Positions 52,034 through 61,931 of a DNA stretch of 64,000 nt are shown piece after piece. Below the pieces are notes generated by a model that was not told where the DNA came from, did not search any database, and was given only the letters and a program-made list of their open reading frames with translations. Each line of letters opens with the position of its first letter. Positions within the stretch are counted from its first letter, which is position 1. The DNA is from Salinivirgaceae bacterium (GTDB lineage: Bacteria > Bacteroidota > Bacteroidia > Bacteroidales > SZUA-534), in the NCBI GenBank assembly GCA_017650325.1, contig JAGCFC010000229.1, forward strand, positions 5,637 through 69,636, in the 5' to 3' direction. A program made the position numbers and the translations under genes.

Positions 52034-53188
52034 ATGAAAAAGATATTAATAATAAGCCTTGTAGCAACATTGTTCACCTCTATCGCGGCAGCGCAACCCG
52101 TGCAATTGAGCGAGCGGTCGTACATTGAGGTTTACACCTGTGCGCCAGGCAACCAACTCTACTCGCAGTTCGGGCACACTGCAATCGGCGTTATCGACCC
52201 TCGGCAGAACTTGCATGAAGTGTTCAACTACGGCACTTTCAGTTTCAACACGCCGCATTTCTACCTCAAATTCTGCGCCGGGAAATTGCTCTACCAACTC
52301 ACCACCGAAGCCTTCAACCAGTTTACCTACACATACGAACGTCGCGGTCGGCAAGTGGTGGCGCAACGGCTGAATCTGACGTTGGCACAACGGCAACACC
52401 TCTACGAAATGCTCGAGGAGAACAGCCTACCCGAAAATTGTGATTACCAATACGATTTCTTTTTCGACAACTGCGCTACACGGGTTCTCGATATGCTCTA
52501 TCGCGCGTTTGGCGACTCACTCTGCTATATTGGCACCGACACCGTTCAACTGCCGACCATGCGCGACTGCATCCACCCCTATCTCGACCGCAGTCTGTGG
52601 ACAAAAGCCGGCATCGACCTTGTGCTAGGCTCCATCACCGACCGCCGTGCATCGAACCGCCAGCAGTCGTTCATTCCCGACAAATTGCACGATTATCTTG
52701 CTGAATGTCAGATAGACACTCTGCCGCTTGTGAGCGATTCTCGATTGTTAGTTGAATCGACAATCGAGTATGACAAAACGCCTTGGTTTCTGTCGCCAAT
52801 GCTGATTTTCAGTTTGTTGTTGATTGTCGTTGTTGTTTTGACATTCCGATTGTCGGCCACGGCGCTTGTGATTTTCGACCGCATTTATTTCAGCATCATT
52901 GGTCTGCTGGGTATACTAATAACACTCCTTTGGTTTGCCACCGACCATGGCGCCACCGTTGGTAATCTCAATATGCTATGGGCTTCACCACTGTTTCTGG
53001 TCTATGTTTTCACCATCGGAAACACCGAAAAGCAATGGCATAAATGGCTGCGTATCATTTTGATAGCAGGAAACGGCATAATGATTTTTGGATTTCTGCT
53101 TCCGCAGAGTTTCAATTTATGCTTCTACCCGCTAATAGTAGCCTCGCTAGTGAGATTGGTTGTGACAAATAAAACTCAACTGCGCTGA
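52034..53188 (+). CDS. DUF4105-domain protein (Lnb-like N-terminal periplasmic domain + C-terminal TM region)
   Basis: IEVYTCAPGNQLYSQFGHTAIGV and YDFFFDNCATRV are typical DUF4105 motifs. Four to five C-terminal TM helices. Confidence 0.75.
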   Translation: MKKILIISLVATLFTSIAAAQPVQLSERSYIEVYTCAPGNQLYSQFGHTAIGVIDPRQNLHEVFNYGTFSFNTPHFYLKFCAGKLLYQLTTEAFNQFTYTYERRGRQVVAQRLNLTLAQRQHLYEMLEENSLPENCDYQYDFFFDNCATRVLDMLYRAFGDSLCYIGTDTVQLPTMRDCIHPYLDRSLWTKAGIDLVLGSITDRRASNRQQSFIPDKLHDYLAECQIDTLPLVSDSRLLVESTIEYDKTPWFLSPMLIFSLLLIVVVVLTFRLSATALVIFDRIYFSIIGLLGILITLLWFATDHGATVGNLNMLWASPLFLVYVFTIGNTEKQWHKWLRIILIAGNGIMIFGFLLPQSFNLCFYPLIVASLVRLVVTNKTQLR

Positions 53189-53928
53189 CGCACAACCTCA
53201 TACATTAAAACGGCAGCGGCGGCCGACACGTTTAGCGACTCAATGCTGCCCAAAATCGGGATTTTGACTAGAGGTTCGCAAATGCGCATCACCTCATCGC
53301 TGAGACCGGTATCCTCAGCGCCCATAACAAGACAGAGAGGCCCCGTAAGATTCTGATTATAATATAGATTATCAGTCTTTTCGGTTGCGCCGCAGATGGT
53401 CAAGCCTGAATCCATAAGCGTTTGCAAAGCCTTCTTCATCGACGATGTACGGCAAACAGGAACCTTATGTAACGCGCCTGCCGATGTTTTAACTGCATCT
53501 GGACCAATACGCGACGCGCCCTTTTCGGGAACCACAATGGCATCGACACCGGCACACTCCGCCGAACGCACAATGGCGCCAAAATTTCGGACATCAGTAA
53601 CACCGTCAAGCGCAACTATAAAAGGCATACGACCTTCATCAAACACCTGAGCAACAACATCTTCGACCTGGCAAAAAGCAATCGGCGACATAAGGGCGAT
53701 AACACCCTGATGATTTTTGCGAGTGATGCGGTCGAGGCGCTCAACTGGTACGCGCTGAACAGGAATGTGATTTTCGCGGATAAGTTCCGTAAGTTCCTGT
53801 GTCAGTTCGTTGTTCTGACCCATTTTCATCAATATTTTGTCGACCTGCTTGCCAAATCTGATGGCCTCGATTATGGCTCGAATACCGAATATGTAATCAT
53901 CGGTGTGGCGGTTCTGATTGTTATCCAT
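53176..53928 (-). CDS. rlmB: 23S rRNA (guanosine2251-2'-O)-methyltransferase
   Basis: SpoU substrate-binding N-domain (IFGIRAIIEAI), plus LDGVTDVRNFGAIVRSAE and LVMGAEDTGLS...IPILGSIESLNVSAAAAVLMYE. Confidence 0.9.
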   Translation of the reverse strand: MDNNQNRHTDDYIFGIRAIIEAIRFGKQVDKILMKMGQNNELTQELTELIRENHIPVQRVPVERLDRITRKNHQGVIALMSPIAFCQVEDVVAQVFDEGRMPFIVALDGVTDVRNFGAIVRSAECAGVDAIVVPEKGASRIGPDAVKTSAGALHKVPVCRTSSMKKALQTLMDSGLTICGATEKTDNLYYNQNLTGPLCLVMGAEDTGLSDEVMRICEPLVKIPILGSIESLNVSAAAAVLMYEVVRQRS

Positions 53929-53950
53929 TGCTTTACATTTTTATGCGTCG

Positions 53951-53958
53951 CAAAGATA
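53951..53958 (-). promoter_or_regulatory. candidate -7 promoter box TATCTTTG (minus strand)
   Basis: rc of caaagata; 22 nt upstream of the rlmB ATG at 53928. Confidence 0.45.
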
Positions 53959-53966
53959 GGGAATTA

Positions 53967-54812
53967 TCATTCCAATTTTATTCGATATGGTTCGGTGGTT
54001 GATTTGGCGCTGAAGAAACCGAGCGCCCCGTTGCTAACATTTGTGTAAATGTTTGCCGGCGGTCCTTGCAAGATTGTGCTGTTGCCAAAAGTCTCATCGC
54101 TCATATCTTTAATAAACTGGCGGTATTCGGGGCTGATTGAAAACAAATCGAAACGGGCTTCGGGCTTCTTGGGGATTGAATCCTCATTAGCATCGCATAT
54201 CTGAATATTCTCGAAAACACCACATCCGTCATAAATGCTGCCTGCGTACGCCCATTTAACATCCTCGAAATTAGAGTTATAGCACGAGTCATTGAAGTAA
54301 ACGTAAAACTGGTAGCAGTCATCCACGCCCTTCTGCTCGGTGAACGAGGCGTAGAAGAAATAGTGGTACTCGGGCAACGTCAGGCCGTACTCGACATTTG
54401 TGTACTCATAATAAATTGTGTCGAATCGGTTCGGGATTGGCATATGGTCAACGGCCTCATGCTCTTCTCCATTCGACAATTTGATGTTGAGAGTGTAGGT
54501 TCGGCCCGGAATGCCGCGAGCCACAGAATCGGTCCAGTAAGTACCATCGTTGTCGTCATCCAACAGTATAAAGGTCTGCTCTCCGTCGGAAATGGTAACT
54601 ATAGCGCCCAACTCGGCCGGCGCGGGCTGGTTGTAGAAATACGAAGTTGACCGCGTAAGCCGCACACTATAAGGGCCAGGCTCGTTTGTTATTTCACCGG
54701 CAACCACAAGACGGTTGTTTTCGCCTTCGTTCAAATCGACATCGAGCGACTCAGTGCAAGCCGTTCCAAAAAACGCACTCAAAACTCCGATTATCAATAT
54801 ATTATATTTCAT
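53967..54812 (-). CDS. DUF4249-domain lipoprotein (copy 2)
   Basis: MKYNILIIGVLSAFFGTACTESLDVDLNEGENNRLVVAGEI; the N-terminus is nearly identical to the upstream paralogue. Confidence 0.8.
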   Translation of the reverse strand: MKYNILIIGVLSAFFGTACTESLDVDLNEGENNRLVVAGEITNEPGPYSVRLTRSTSYFYNQPAPAELGAIVTISDGEQTFILLDDDNDGTYWTDSVARGIPGRTYTLNIKLSNGEEHEAVDHMPIPNRFDTIYYEYTNVEYGLTLPEYHYFFYASFTEQKGVDDCYQFYVYFNDSCYNSNFEDVKWAYAGSIYDGCGVFENIQICDANEDSIPKKPEARFDLFSISPEYRQFIKDMSDETFGNSTILQGPPANIYTNVSNGALGFFSAKSTTEPYRIKLE

Positions 54813-54879
54813 TATTTTTAAAAGGTTAGAGTTGAAATGTAAGGGGTAACGAGTTAATTGTATCGCATTTTAACAGGTT

Positions 54880-54911
54880 TCAAAAATAGCAAAGCCGCAG
54901 TTAACTACGGC
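54880..54911 (-). terminator. rho-independent terminator (minus strand) between the two DUF4249 genes
   Basis: On the minus strand: GCCGTAG-ttaa-CTGCGGC followed by TTTGCTATTTTT. Confidence 0.6.
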
Positions 54912-54945
54912 CTTGCACGTTCAAATTTTATCACCAATTATTTTA

Positions 54946-55866
54946 TCAATTCTTCAAATCGTTTTTCTGCCAGTCTTTCATTGGCTTGCCATCCTTCATA
55001 TCGTTCTTAATATCAAACTCATACTTATCGTACGAACGAGCCGAGAAGTAGCCCAATCCGTTCGGTTTTTCCTTGTCCTTGTTGATGATATTGGTGCAAA
55101 TATTGGCCGGTGGGCCAGCGAAAAGACCAGTTTGGGTAACCGTTTCGCTGTAAAGCTGGGTCACAAAATTATAATAGCCAGTGCTTATTGTTACTAAATC
55201 ACAACGTACGTGCGGGTTGTGCGGGATTGAATCCTCGTGTTCGGCGCTAAAAAGCACATCCTCGAAGTGTCCGCAACCATCCATATAACTAGCGGTGCTG
55301 GCATACAGAACATCGTCGAACGTCGGGTTCCAGAGTGAATCGTTGAAATAGTAGTAAATCAGATACTTATCATCAAAAAACTCCTTTTCAGTGAATGTTG
55401 TGTAGAACCAATAATAGTACGCGCCTATATCGACACCATATTGCAGATTGGTATACTCGTAATAAACTGTGTCGAAGAAATTTGGCTCAATCAGTTCATC
55501 AACAGCCTCATACTCACTGCCATCTTTCAACTTGATATTCAGCGTGTAGGTGTGACCTGGAACTCCAAACACATCGGGAGATGTCAAGTAGTTGCCGGTT
55601 TTTCCATCGTAGGTCAGCGGGAAATGATTACCCTCATTGTCGCTGATGGTGACAATGGCGCCTTCTTCGGGTGCTGAAGGCTGATTGTAGAAGTACGATG
55701 TGGAGCGCGTCAAGCGAACGCTGTGCTGCATTGTGTCGGTAGAAATGTAGCCCTCAACCACAAGGCGGTTGTTCTCGCCTTCGTTCAGGTCGATATCGAT
55801 TTTCTCAGTGCAGGCTGTTCCCAGCACAGCGCTCAAAATTCCGATTGTCAATATATTGTTTTTCAT
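54946..55866 (-). CDS. DUF4249-domain lipoprotein (copy 1, co-operonic with the TonB-dependent receptor)
   Basis: MKNNILTIGILSAVLGTACTEKIDIDLNEGENNRLVVEGYI. Starts 4 nt after the receptor stop. Confidence 0.8.
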   Translation of the reverse strand: MKNNILTIGILSAVLGTACTEKIDIDLNEGENNRLVVEGYISTDTMQHSVRLTRSTSYFYNQPSAPEEGAIVTISDNEGNHFPLTYDGKTGNYLTSPDVFGVPGHTYTLNIKLKDGSEYEAVDELIEPNFFDTVYYEYTNLQYGVDIGAYYYWFYTTFTEKEFFDDKYLIYYYFNDSLWNPTFDDVLYASTASYMDGCGHFEDVLFSAEHEDSIPHNPHVRCDLVTISTGYYNFVTQLYSETVTQTGLFAGPPANICTNIINKDKEKPNGLGYFSARSYDKYEFDIKNDMKDGKPMKDWQKNDLKN

Positions 55867-55870
55867 TGTT

Positions 55871-58219
55871 TTAGAATTTAAAGTTGTAGGTTACCGATGG
55901 GAAGATGCTGAACATATAGAGTTTTTCGGCAGTCATAACCGAAGGGTCGTGCTCATCCTGCTCAAACATAATGCTGGCCGCGTTGTGGCGGTTATATACA
56001 TTGTATATCGACAGGTTCAGATTCTGCTCGAGCCAAGGTTTGCCTTTGCGCTCGATTGTTTTCAGGTCGAAGGTGGCCGAAAGGTCCAGGCGATGGAAAT
56101 CGGGCAACCGCAAGGCATTGCGCTCAGCATAAACTGGAGCAATAACTCCATTGTACTCGAAACGTCCGGTTGGCAGAGTGCGCGGCGCACCGGTTGAATA
56201 AACCCAGTTGAGCGACAAATGCAGACGCGGCAACACATCGTAGGTGGCCACAACCGACAGGTCGTGCGGTTTGTCGTAGTTCGACGGATAATACTCTTCG
56301 TTGTTGATGGTTGCGACCTTTGTGTAGGTGCGCGAGTATGTATAGCTAATCCATCCCGTAAAACGCCCCTCCTGTTTTTTCAGCATCAACTCAAGACCGT
56401 AAGAATAACCTTGACCGGTACGGATTTGCGAGGCAATGTCGTCGCTTACAAACATATCGGCATGGTCCTTGAAATCGACAATGTCATACATTTTTTTGTA
56501 GTATGTCTCGGCCGAAAAAGCGTACATATCTTGTTGGAAATTATGGAAATATCCCAAAGACACCATCCGGCAACGCTCAGGTTTCACATTGGGGTTGCTG
56601 GCAAACCACGAATCGATTGGCAGCGGCGACATGGTGTTGCTGGCCAGATGCACATACTGATAAGTCTGCTGGAAGTTGGCTTTGATGCTGTTGTGATCGG
56701 TCAAGCGGATGTTGAGCGAAAAGCGAGGCTCAATTCCTTTGTACGTATTGAAAACACCTTTACCATAGTGAGTTGTGTCCACAATATTGTAATTTTCATC
56801 GAGGTTCACCACATCGGCTTTGCCAATATTCTGCAACATCGACAGACGAATACCGTAATCGACATCGATAAGACCGCCAATTTTCGCCTCGTTCGACAGG
56901 TAAACGGCGTGCTCGAGCGACTTGTTGAATTCCGATACGTTCTTCATATAGTTGGGGCTGTTGGCGCCAGCCTTCACAATGAACGGTGTGAATTTGTGGT
57001 AGGTCGATTGGAAACCACCCTTGATGGTGCTCTTGGGGTTGGCGAAGAATGTCAAGTCGCCCTTGAGGTTCCAGTCGCGGATTGACGATTCCCAGCGTGT
57101 GTCGCTCTCCTCAAGTCCGTACATAAAGTGCGAGTAGATAACCGACAAGTTCGAGAACAGACGGTCGCTGAACAAGTGATTGTAACGTGTTGTGAGAGTA
57201 CGGTTTCCGTAGTCGATCTGCATTGCGCCGGCATAGTTCATCACATCGCGTCCAAAATATCCCGATGCAAACAGACGGTTGTTGTCATTGATCTTGAAAT
57301 TCACCTTCGCGTTCATATCGTAGAAGTATAGCTTGGTGTCGTCGGGAATCTGGTCGCGGTAGAGCGGGAAAAAGATGTCCATATACGAGCGGCGTCCCGA
57401 TACGATGAATGAGCAGCGGTCTTTAATAATAGGTCCATCCACAGTCAACCGGCTCGAAAGCAGACCAATGCCGCCATTAACTCCAAACTTCTGTGGGCTG
57501 CCTTCCTTCATTCTCACGTCAAGCAGCGATGACAAGCGACCGCCATACTCCGCCGGCATTCCGCCTTTGTAGAATTTGACGTCTTTAAGCGCATCGTTGT
57601 TGAACACAGAGAAGATGCCGAACAAGTGTGCGGCGTTGTAAACAGTGGCCTCATCGAGCAGCATCATATTCTGTCCCGTACCACCTCCGCGCACATTGTA
57701 GCCGATAAATCCCTCACCCGAAGTGCCAACGCCTGGCAGAAACTGGATGCTCTTAATAACATCTGTCTCACCGAACAGCGCCGGAATGCTCTTGATGGTG
57801 GCAATCTGCAACTTTTCCATTCCCATGTCAGGCTTCACCAGATTGCGGTTCAACTTCTCACCTGTCACATCAACCTGAGCTATTTGAGTTGATTCCGCCT
57901 CAAGGCTGAAATTCAGTTTGAGATTGTGGTCGAGCGTCACGTTTTTCGATTGAGGCGCATAGCCCAAAAAGTTTGCCATGACGCTGTATTTGCCCTCTGG
58001 AAGCGTGATACTGTAAAATCCGTAAGCGTTGGTGATGGTTCCGGCGCCTGTTTCAACCACATAAACGGTTGCGCCAATCATTTCCTCACCCGTCGAGGCA
58101 TCAGTAACCGTGCCGCTGATTGTGTACTTGCCCTGTGGAGTGACGTTGCTTGCTATCATCTGCGGCAGTGCGATTTTTGTTGCTAACCCAATGGCCAGCA
58201 AACAGATAATTCTTTTCAT
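55871..58219 (-). CDS. TonB-dependent receptor with N-terminal carboxypeptidase-regulatory-like domain
   Basis: Start MKRIICLLAIGLATKIALPQ. YTISGTVTDASTGEEMIGATVYV; plug (IKSIQFLPGV). C-terminal FSIFPSVTYNFKF. Confidence 0.9.
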   Translation of the reverse strand: MKRIICLLAIGLATKIALPQMIASNVTPQGKYTISGTVTDASTGEEMIGATVYVVETGAGTITNAYGFYSITLPEGKYSVMANFLGYAPQSKNVTLDHNLKLNFSLEAESTQIAQVDVTGEKLNRNLVKPDMGMEKLQIATIKSIPALFGETDVIKSIQFLPGVGTSGEGFIGYNVRGGGTGQNMMLLDEATVYNAAHLFGIFSVFNNDALKDVKFYKGGMPAEYGGRLSSLLDVRMKEGSPQKFGVNGGIGLLSSRLTVDGPIIKDRCSFIVSGRRSYMDIFFPLYRDQIPDDTKLYFYDMNAKVNFKINDNNRLFASGYFGRDVMNYAGAMQIDYGNRTLTTRYNHLFSDRLFSNLSVIYSHFMYGLEESDTRWESSIRDWNLKGDLTFFANPKSTIKGGFQSTYHKFTPFIVKAGANSPNYMKNVSEFNKSLEHAVYLSNEAKIGGLIDVDYGIRLSMLQNIGKADVVNLDENYNIVDTTHYGKGVFNTYKGIEPRFSLNIRLTDHNSIKANFQQTYQYVHLASNTMSPLPIDSWFASNPNVKPERCRMVSLGYFHNFQQDMYAFSAETYYKKMYDIVDFKDHADMFVSDDIASQIRTGQGYSYGLELMLKKQEGRFTGWISYTYSRTYTKVATINNEEYYPSNYDKPHDLSVVATYDVLPRLHLSLNWVYSTGAPRTLPTGRFEYNGVIAPVYAERNALRLPDFHRLDLSATFDLKTIERKGKPWLEQNLNLSIYNVYNRHNAASIMFEQDEHDPSVMTAEKLYMFSIFPSVTYNFKF

Positions 58220-58261
58220 CTTGTTTGTTTTAGTTAAAATTTTAATTCTTTCACGCCCTAT

Positions 58262-58289
58262 TGATGCCAAAAAGCGAAAAAGGTTGCAG
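58262..58289 (-). promoter_or_regulatory. shared promoter-like motif copy 3 (minus strand)
   Basis: rc reads CTGCAACCTTTTTCGCTTTTTGGCATCA, 42 nt before the ATG at 58219. One extra T relative to copies 1 and 2. Confidence 0.45.
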
Positions 58290-58368
58290 CATTTTTTTCA
58301 TTTTTTTAATAAAAAATTGCAAAACACTGTATGTCATACAATTATTCAGCATTATTTTTTTCGGGCGG

Positions 58369-58376
58369 CAAAGATA
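58369..58376 (-). promoter_or_regulatory. candidate -7 promoter box TATCTTTG (minus strand) upstream of the receptor operon
   Basis: rc of caaagata; about 150 nt upstream of the ATG at 58219. Confidence 0.35.
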
Positions 58377-58455
58377 GTAAAGTTGGCGGCAGGTTGATTC
58401 GACAAATTGCAGACTTATAGTTGGCGATTTAAGCAAAACTTGAGCTAATAGCCTA

Positions 58456-61400
58456 ATGCCTGACACCCATCCCCGAAAAAAACTATTTTTGCCACTGCAA
58501 AATCGCAGCATTTTGGAACCAACACAATTAATATCGGTATGGGAAGGGCACCGCGGTGTCAAATCGATGGTGCAAGCGCTGGCTGGCAAGCAAGCCGTGG
58601 TGTCGCTCAAGGGACTGAAAGGCTCGTCGGTGGCCATGGTGCTTGGAGCAGCCTTCAGCCAACAAAAGCGGCCTTTTGTGATTGTGGAAAAAGATATGGA
58701 ATCGGCTGCCTACCTCTACAACGACCTACAAACAGTTTTAGGCAGCGCCGATGTTGAGTTCCTGCCGTCGTCATACCAACGCTCGATGGACCACGAGCGC
58801 ACCGACAGCAGCAACATTCTGCTCCGCACCGATGTGCTTGGCAAAGTGGCCTCGGCCCAAAGTCCAATGATTGTTGTGACCTATCCCGAAGCCATAATGG
58901 AGAAGGTTGTTTCGCCCGAAAAACTTGCATCGAATACTTTTGTTGTGAGCAAAGGCGACACACTGTCGCACGATTTTCTAGTTGAGTTGCTCCACGACTA
59001 TGGTTTCGAACGCGTCGATTTCGTCTACGAGCCAGGCCAGTACTCAGTTCGCGGAAGTATTATCGACATTTTTTCATTCGCCGACGAGATGCCGTTCCGA
59101 CTCGACTTTTTCGGTGATGAAATTGACAGCATCCGCACCTTCGACATTGAAAGTCAGCTAACTAAAGACACGCCAAACAAGGTCACCATCAGTCCAAACA
59201 TTCACGACCGCACCGATGACGATGTGCGCATTCCGATAACCGACTTCTTCACTGCCGATACAGCTTTCTTTTTCAACGATTTGGCAATGGTTGTCGAACG
59301 GATAAACACTGTTTATTCAAATTCAGCAGAGAGAGCCGGAGACGACACCACCGCACAAATGGCGCTTAACGGCGACCAGCTCTATAAACTGGTGGCAACG
59401 CACACACACGGCGAATGGAGCGGCAAAATGCTCGACAAGCGAGGTGTGCCAATCAAATTCGACACAACGGCACAACCGATCTTCCACAAGAATTTCGACT
59501 TGCTGATGAAATCGCTTTCCGATTACATTGAGCAAGGCTACAAAATATTCATTCTGTCTGACAATCAAGCGCAAAACGACCGTCTGACATCAATCTTCAA
59601 AGACCGCGGCATTAAGTCGGCTTTTACTCCGGTACTGAAAACCGTGAACGAGGGATTTGTCGATAACGAGCTGAAAATATGCTATTTCACCGACCATCAG
59701 ATTTTTGAGCGCTTTCATCGATACAATGTCAAAACCGGATTCAACAAACGCGAATCAATCACGCTTGCCGAACTTAACAATCTGCACATTGGCGACTACG
59801 TGGTACATATCGATCATGGTATAGGCCGCTTCGGAGGTTTGCAGAAAGTTGAAATCAACGGGCGGTATCAAGAATCCATCAAGTTGATTTACAGAGACAA
59901 CGATGTGCTTTTTGTCAGTATTCACTCGCTCCACCGCATATCGAAATACAAAGGGAAAGACGCCGAAGTGCCCACAGTTCACAAACTGGGCTCAGGGGCA
60001 TGGCAGCGGCTCAAGGCCACCACAAAGAGCAAGGTTAAGGACATTGCCAAAGACCTAATCAAACTATACGCGCAACGCAAGGCGCAGAAAGGATTCGCCT
60101 TCTCTCCCGACACGTTCTTGAACCAGCAGCTCGAGGCATCGTTCATGTACGAGGACACACCCGACCAAATGAAGGCCACGCAAGCTGTCAAGGCCGATAT
60201 GGAGAGTACAATGCCAATGGACCGCCTTGTGTGCGGCGATGTGGGCTTCGGCAAAACCGAAATAGCCATCCGGGCCGCGTTCAAAGCCGTTGCCGACAAC
60301 AAGCAGGTGGCCGTGCTGGTGCCCACAACCATTCTGGCCATGCAGCACTACAAGACGTTCAAATCGCGTTTGGCCGACATGCCTTGCACTGTCGATTATC
60401 TGAGCCGACTGCGCACCGCCAAAGAGCAAAAAGACATTCTTGCCCGACTTGCAAGCGGCGAACTGAATATCGTTATCGGCACTCACAAACTGATTGGCAA
60501 AAACGTCAAATTCAACGATTTAGGACTGCTGATTGTCGATGAGGAGCAAAAATTCGGCGTTGGTGTGAAAGAGAAACTTAAACAGCTGAAAGTGAATGTC
60601 GATACGCTGACGCTCACAGCCACTCCTATTCCGCGCACACTGCAATTCTCGCTTATGGGCGCACGCGACCTGTCGGTCATCAGCACTCCGCCACCAAACC
60701 GCCAACCTATCTTGACCGAAGTCCACACCTTCGACGAGGGCATTGTGAAGGAAGCCATCAATTATGAGCTGAACCGCGGCGGACAGGTGTTCTTCATCAA
60801 CAACCGAATTGAGCAACTGCCGAAAATAGCCGGAATGCTGAACCGTCTTGTACCGCAGGCCCGCGTGATAACGGCTCACGGGCAAATGGACGGAACTGTG
60901 CTGGAGCAGATAATGCTCGATTTTATGGAAGGGAAATACGATGTTTTGGTATCGACAACCATCATCGAGTCGGGGCTTGACATTCCGAACGCTAACACCA
61001 TAATAATCAACGACGGACAACATTACGGATTGAGCGACATGCACCAGTTGCGAGGCCGCGTCGGACGCTCGAACCGCAAGGCTTTCTGCTACATTTTCGC
61101 TCCACCGCCAGAGACGCTTACCGATGAGGCTCGTCGCCGACTGAAAGCTATTGAGGATTTCAGCGAGCTGGGCAGCGGTCTCAACCTATCGCTCCAAGAC
61201 CTCGACATCCGTGGCGCCGGCAATCTGTTAGGCGCCGAACAGAGCGGATTCATAGGCGATTTGGGATTCGAGACTTATCAGAAAATTCTCGATGAAGCGC
61301 TTGTAGAGCTTAAGGAATCGGAACTTGAAGATGAAGTTCAGGCAAACAAATCAGGCGGCACTCCTACCGACAACTCCATGTTCGACAACATGCGATTTGT

Positions 61401-61860
61401 GTCTGATTGTCATGTCGATACCGATATGGAGCTGCTCATTCCCGACAGTTATGTCGAAAATGTATCGGAACGAATCAATCTCTACCGCCGTATCGACTCG
61501 CTCCAAGACGAGGCTGCCATTGACACCTTTGTTGCGGAACTAACCGACCGCTTCGGTCCTGTTCCCGATTCTGTTAACGAACTACTCCAGGTAGTGCGCC
61601 TCCGTTGGATTGCCGTCGAGTTGGGAATGGAGCGTATAATGCTGAAAAACGGCAAGATGTCTATCAGTTTTGTCGGCGACCAAAAATCTGTTTTCTACCA
61701 ATCGCCACAATTCAGCACCATAATCGGCAACGTACAGCGCTATCGCAGCACCTGCCAAATGCAAGAGAAAAACGGAAAACTCGTTTTGTCTTTCGAAAGC
61801 GTGAAAACTGTAGAGAAGGCACTGCAGATTTTGCAGAGGTTGGGCGAGAAACAAAGATAA
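58456..61860 (+). CDS. mfd: transcription-repair coupling factor
   Basis: UvrB-homology N-terminus, CarD-like HIGDYVVHIDHGIGRF, helicase motifs CGDVGFGKTE, DEEQKFG and TATPIPRT, and a TRG/C-terminal domain. The exact start is uncertain. Confidence 0.93.
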   Translation: MPDTHPRKKLFLPLQNRSILEPTQLISVWEGHRGVKSMVQALAGKQAVVSLKGLKGSSVAMVLGAAFSQQKRPFVIVEKDMESAAYLYNDLQTVLGSADVEFLPSSYQRSMDHERTDSSNILLRTDVLGKVASAQSPMIVVTYPEAIMEKVVSPEKLASNTFVVSKGDTLSHDFLVELLHDYGFERVDFVYEPGQYSVRGSIIDIFSFADEMPFRLDFFGDEIDSIRTFDIESQLTKDTPNKVTISPNIHDRTDDDVRIPITDFFTADTAFFFNDLAMVVERINTVYSNSAERAGDDTTAQMALNGDQLYKLVATHTHGEWSGKMLDKRGVPIKFDTTAQPIFHKNFDLLMKSLSDYIEQGYKIFILSDNQAQNDRLTSIFKDRGIKSAFTPVLKTVNEGFVDNELKICYFTDHQIFERFHRYNVKTGFNKRESITLAELNNLHIGDYVVHIDHGIGRFGGLQKVEINGRYQESIKLIYRDNDVLFVSIHSLHRISKYKGKDAEVPTVHKLGSGAWQRLKATTKSKVKDIAKDLIKLYAQRKAQKGFAFSPDTFLNQQLEASFMYEDTPDQMKATQAVKADMESTMPMDRLVCGDVGFGKTEIAIRAAFKAVADNKQVAVLVPTTILAMQHYKTFKSRLADMPCTVDYLSRLRTAKEQKDILARLASGELNIVIGTHKLIGKNVKFNDLGLLIVDEEQKFGVGVKEKLKQLKVNVDTLTLTATPIPRTLQFSLMGARDLSVISTPPPNRQPILTEVHTFDEGIVKEAINYELNRGGQVFFINNRIEQLPKIAGMLNRLVPQARVITAHGQMDGTVLEQIMLDFMEGKYDVLVSTTIIESGLDIPNANTIIINDGQHYGLSDMHQLRGRVGRSNRKAFCYIFAPPPETLTDEARRRLKAIEDFSELGSGLNLSLQDLDIRGAGNLLGAEQSGFIGDLGFETYQKILDEALVELKESELEDEVQANKSGGTPTDNSMFDNMRFVSDCHVDTDMELLIPDSYVENVSERINLYRRIDSLQDEAAIDTFVAELTDRFGPVPDSVNELLQVVRLRWIAVELGMERIMLKNGKMSISFVGDQKSVFYQSPQFSTIIGNVQRYRSTCQMQEKNGKLVLSFESVKTVEKALQILQRLGEKQR

Positions 61861-61879
61861 TATTGGTAATCATACAACA

Positions 61880-61913
61880 AAAAAAGCAACCCCGTCGCCG
61901 AGGTTGCTCTTTC
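61880..61913. terminator. bidirectional rho-independent terminator between convergent genes
   Basis: AAAAAGCAACC-ccgtcgccga-GGTTGCTCTTT. Confidence 0.75.
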
Positions 61914-61931
61914 TGTATCAGTGTTTTAAAA

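Noticed and set aside
56219-57085. 288-aa plus-strand ORF antisense to the TonB-dependent receptor.
   Set aside because: It is a shadow ORF; the receptor frame carries all the family signatures.
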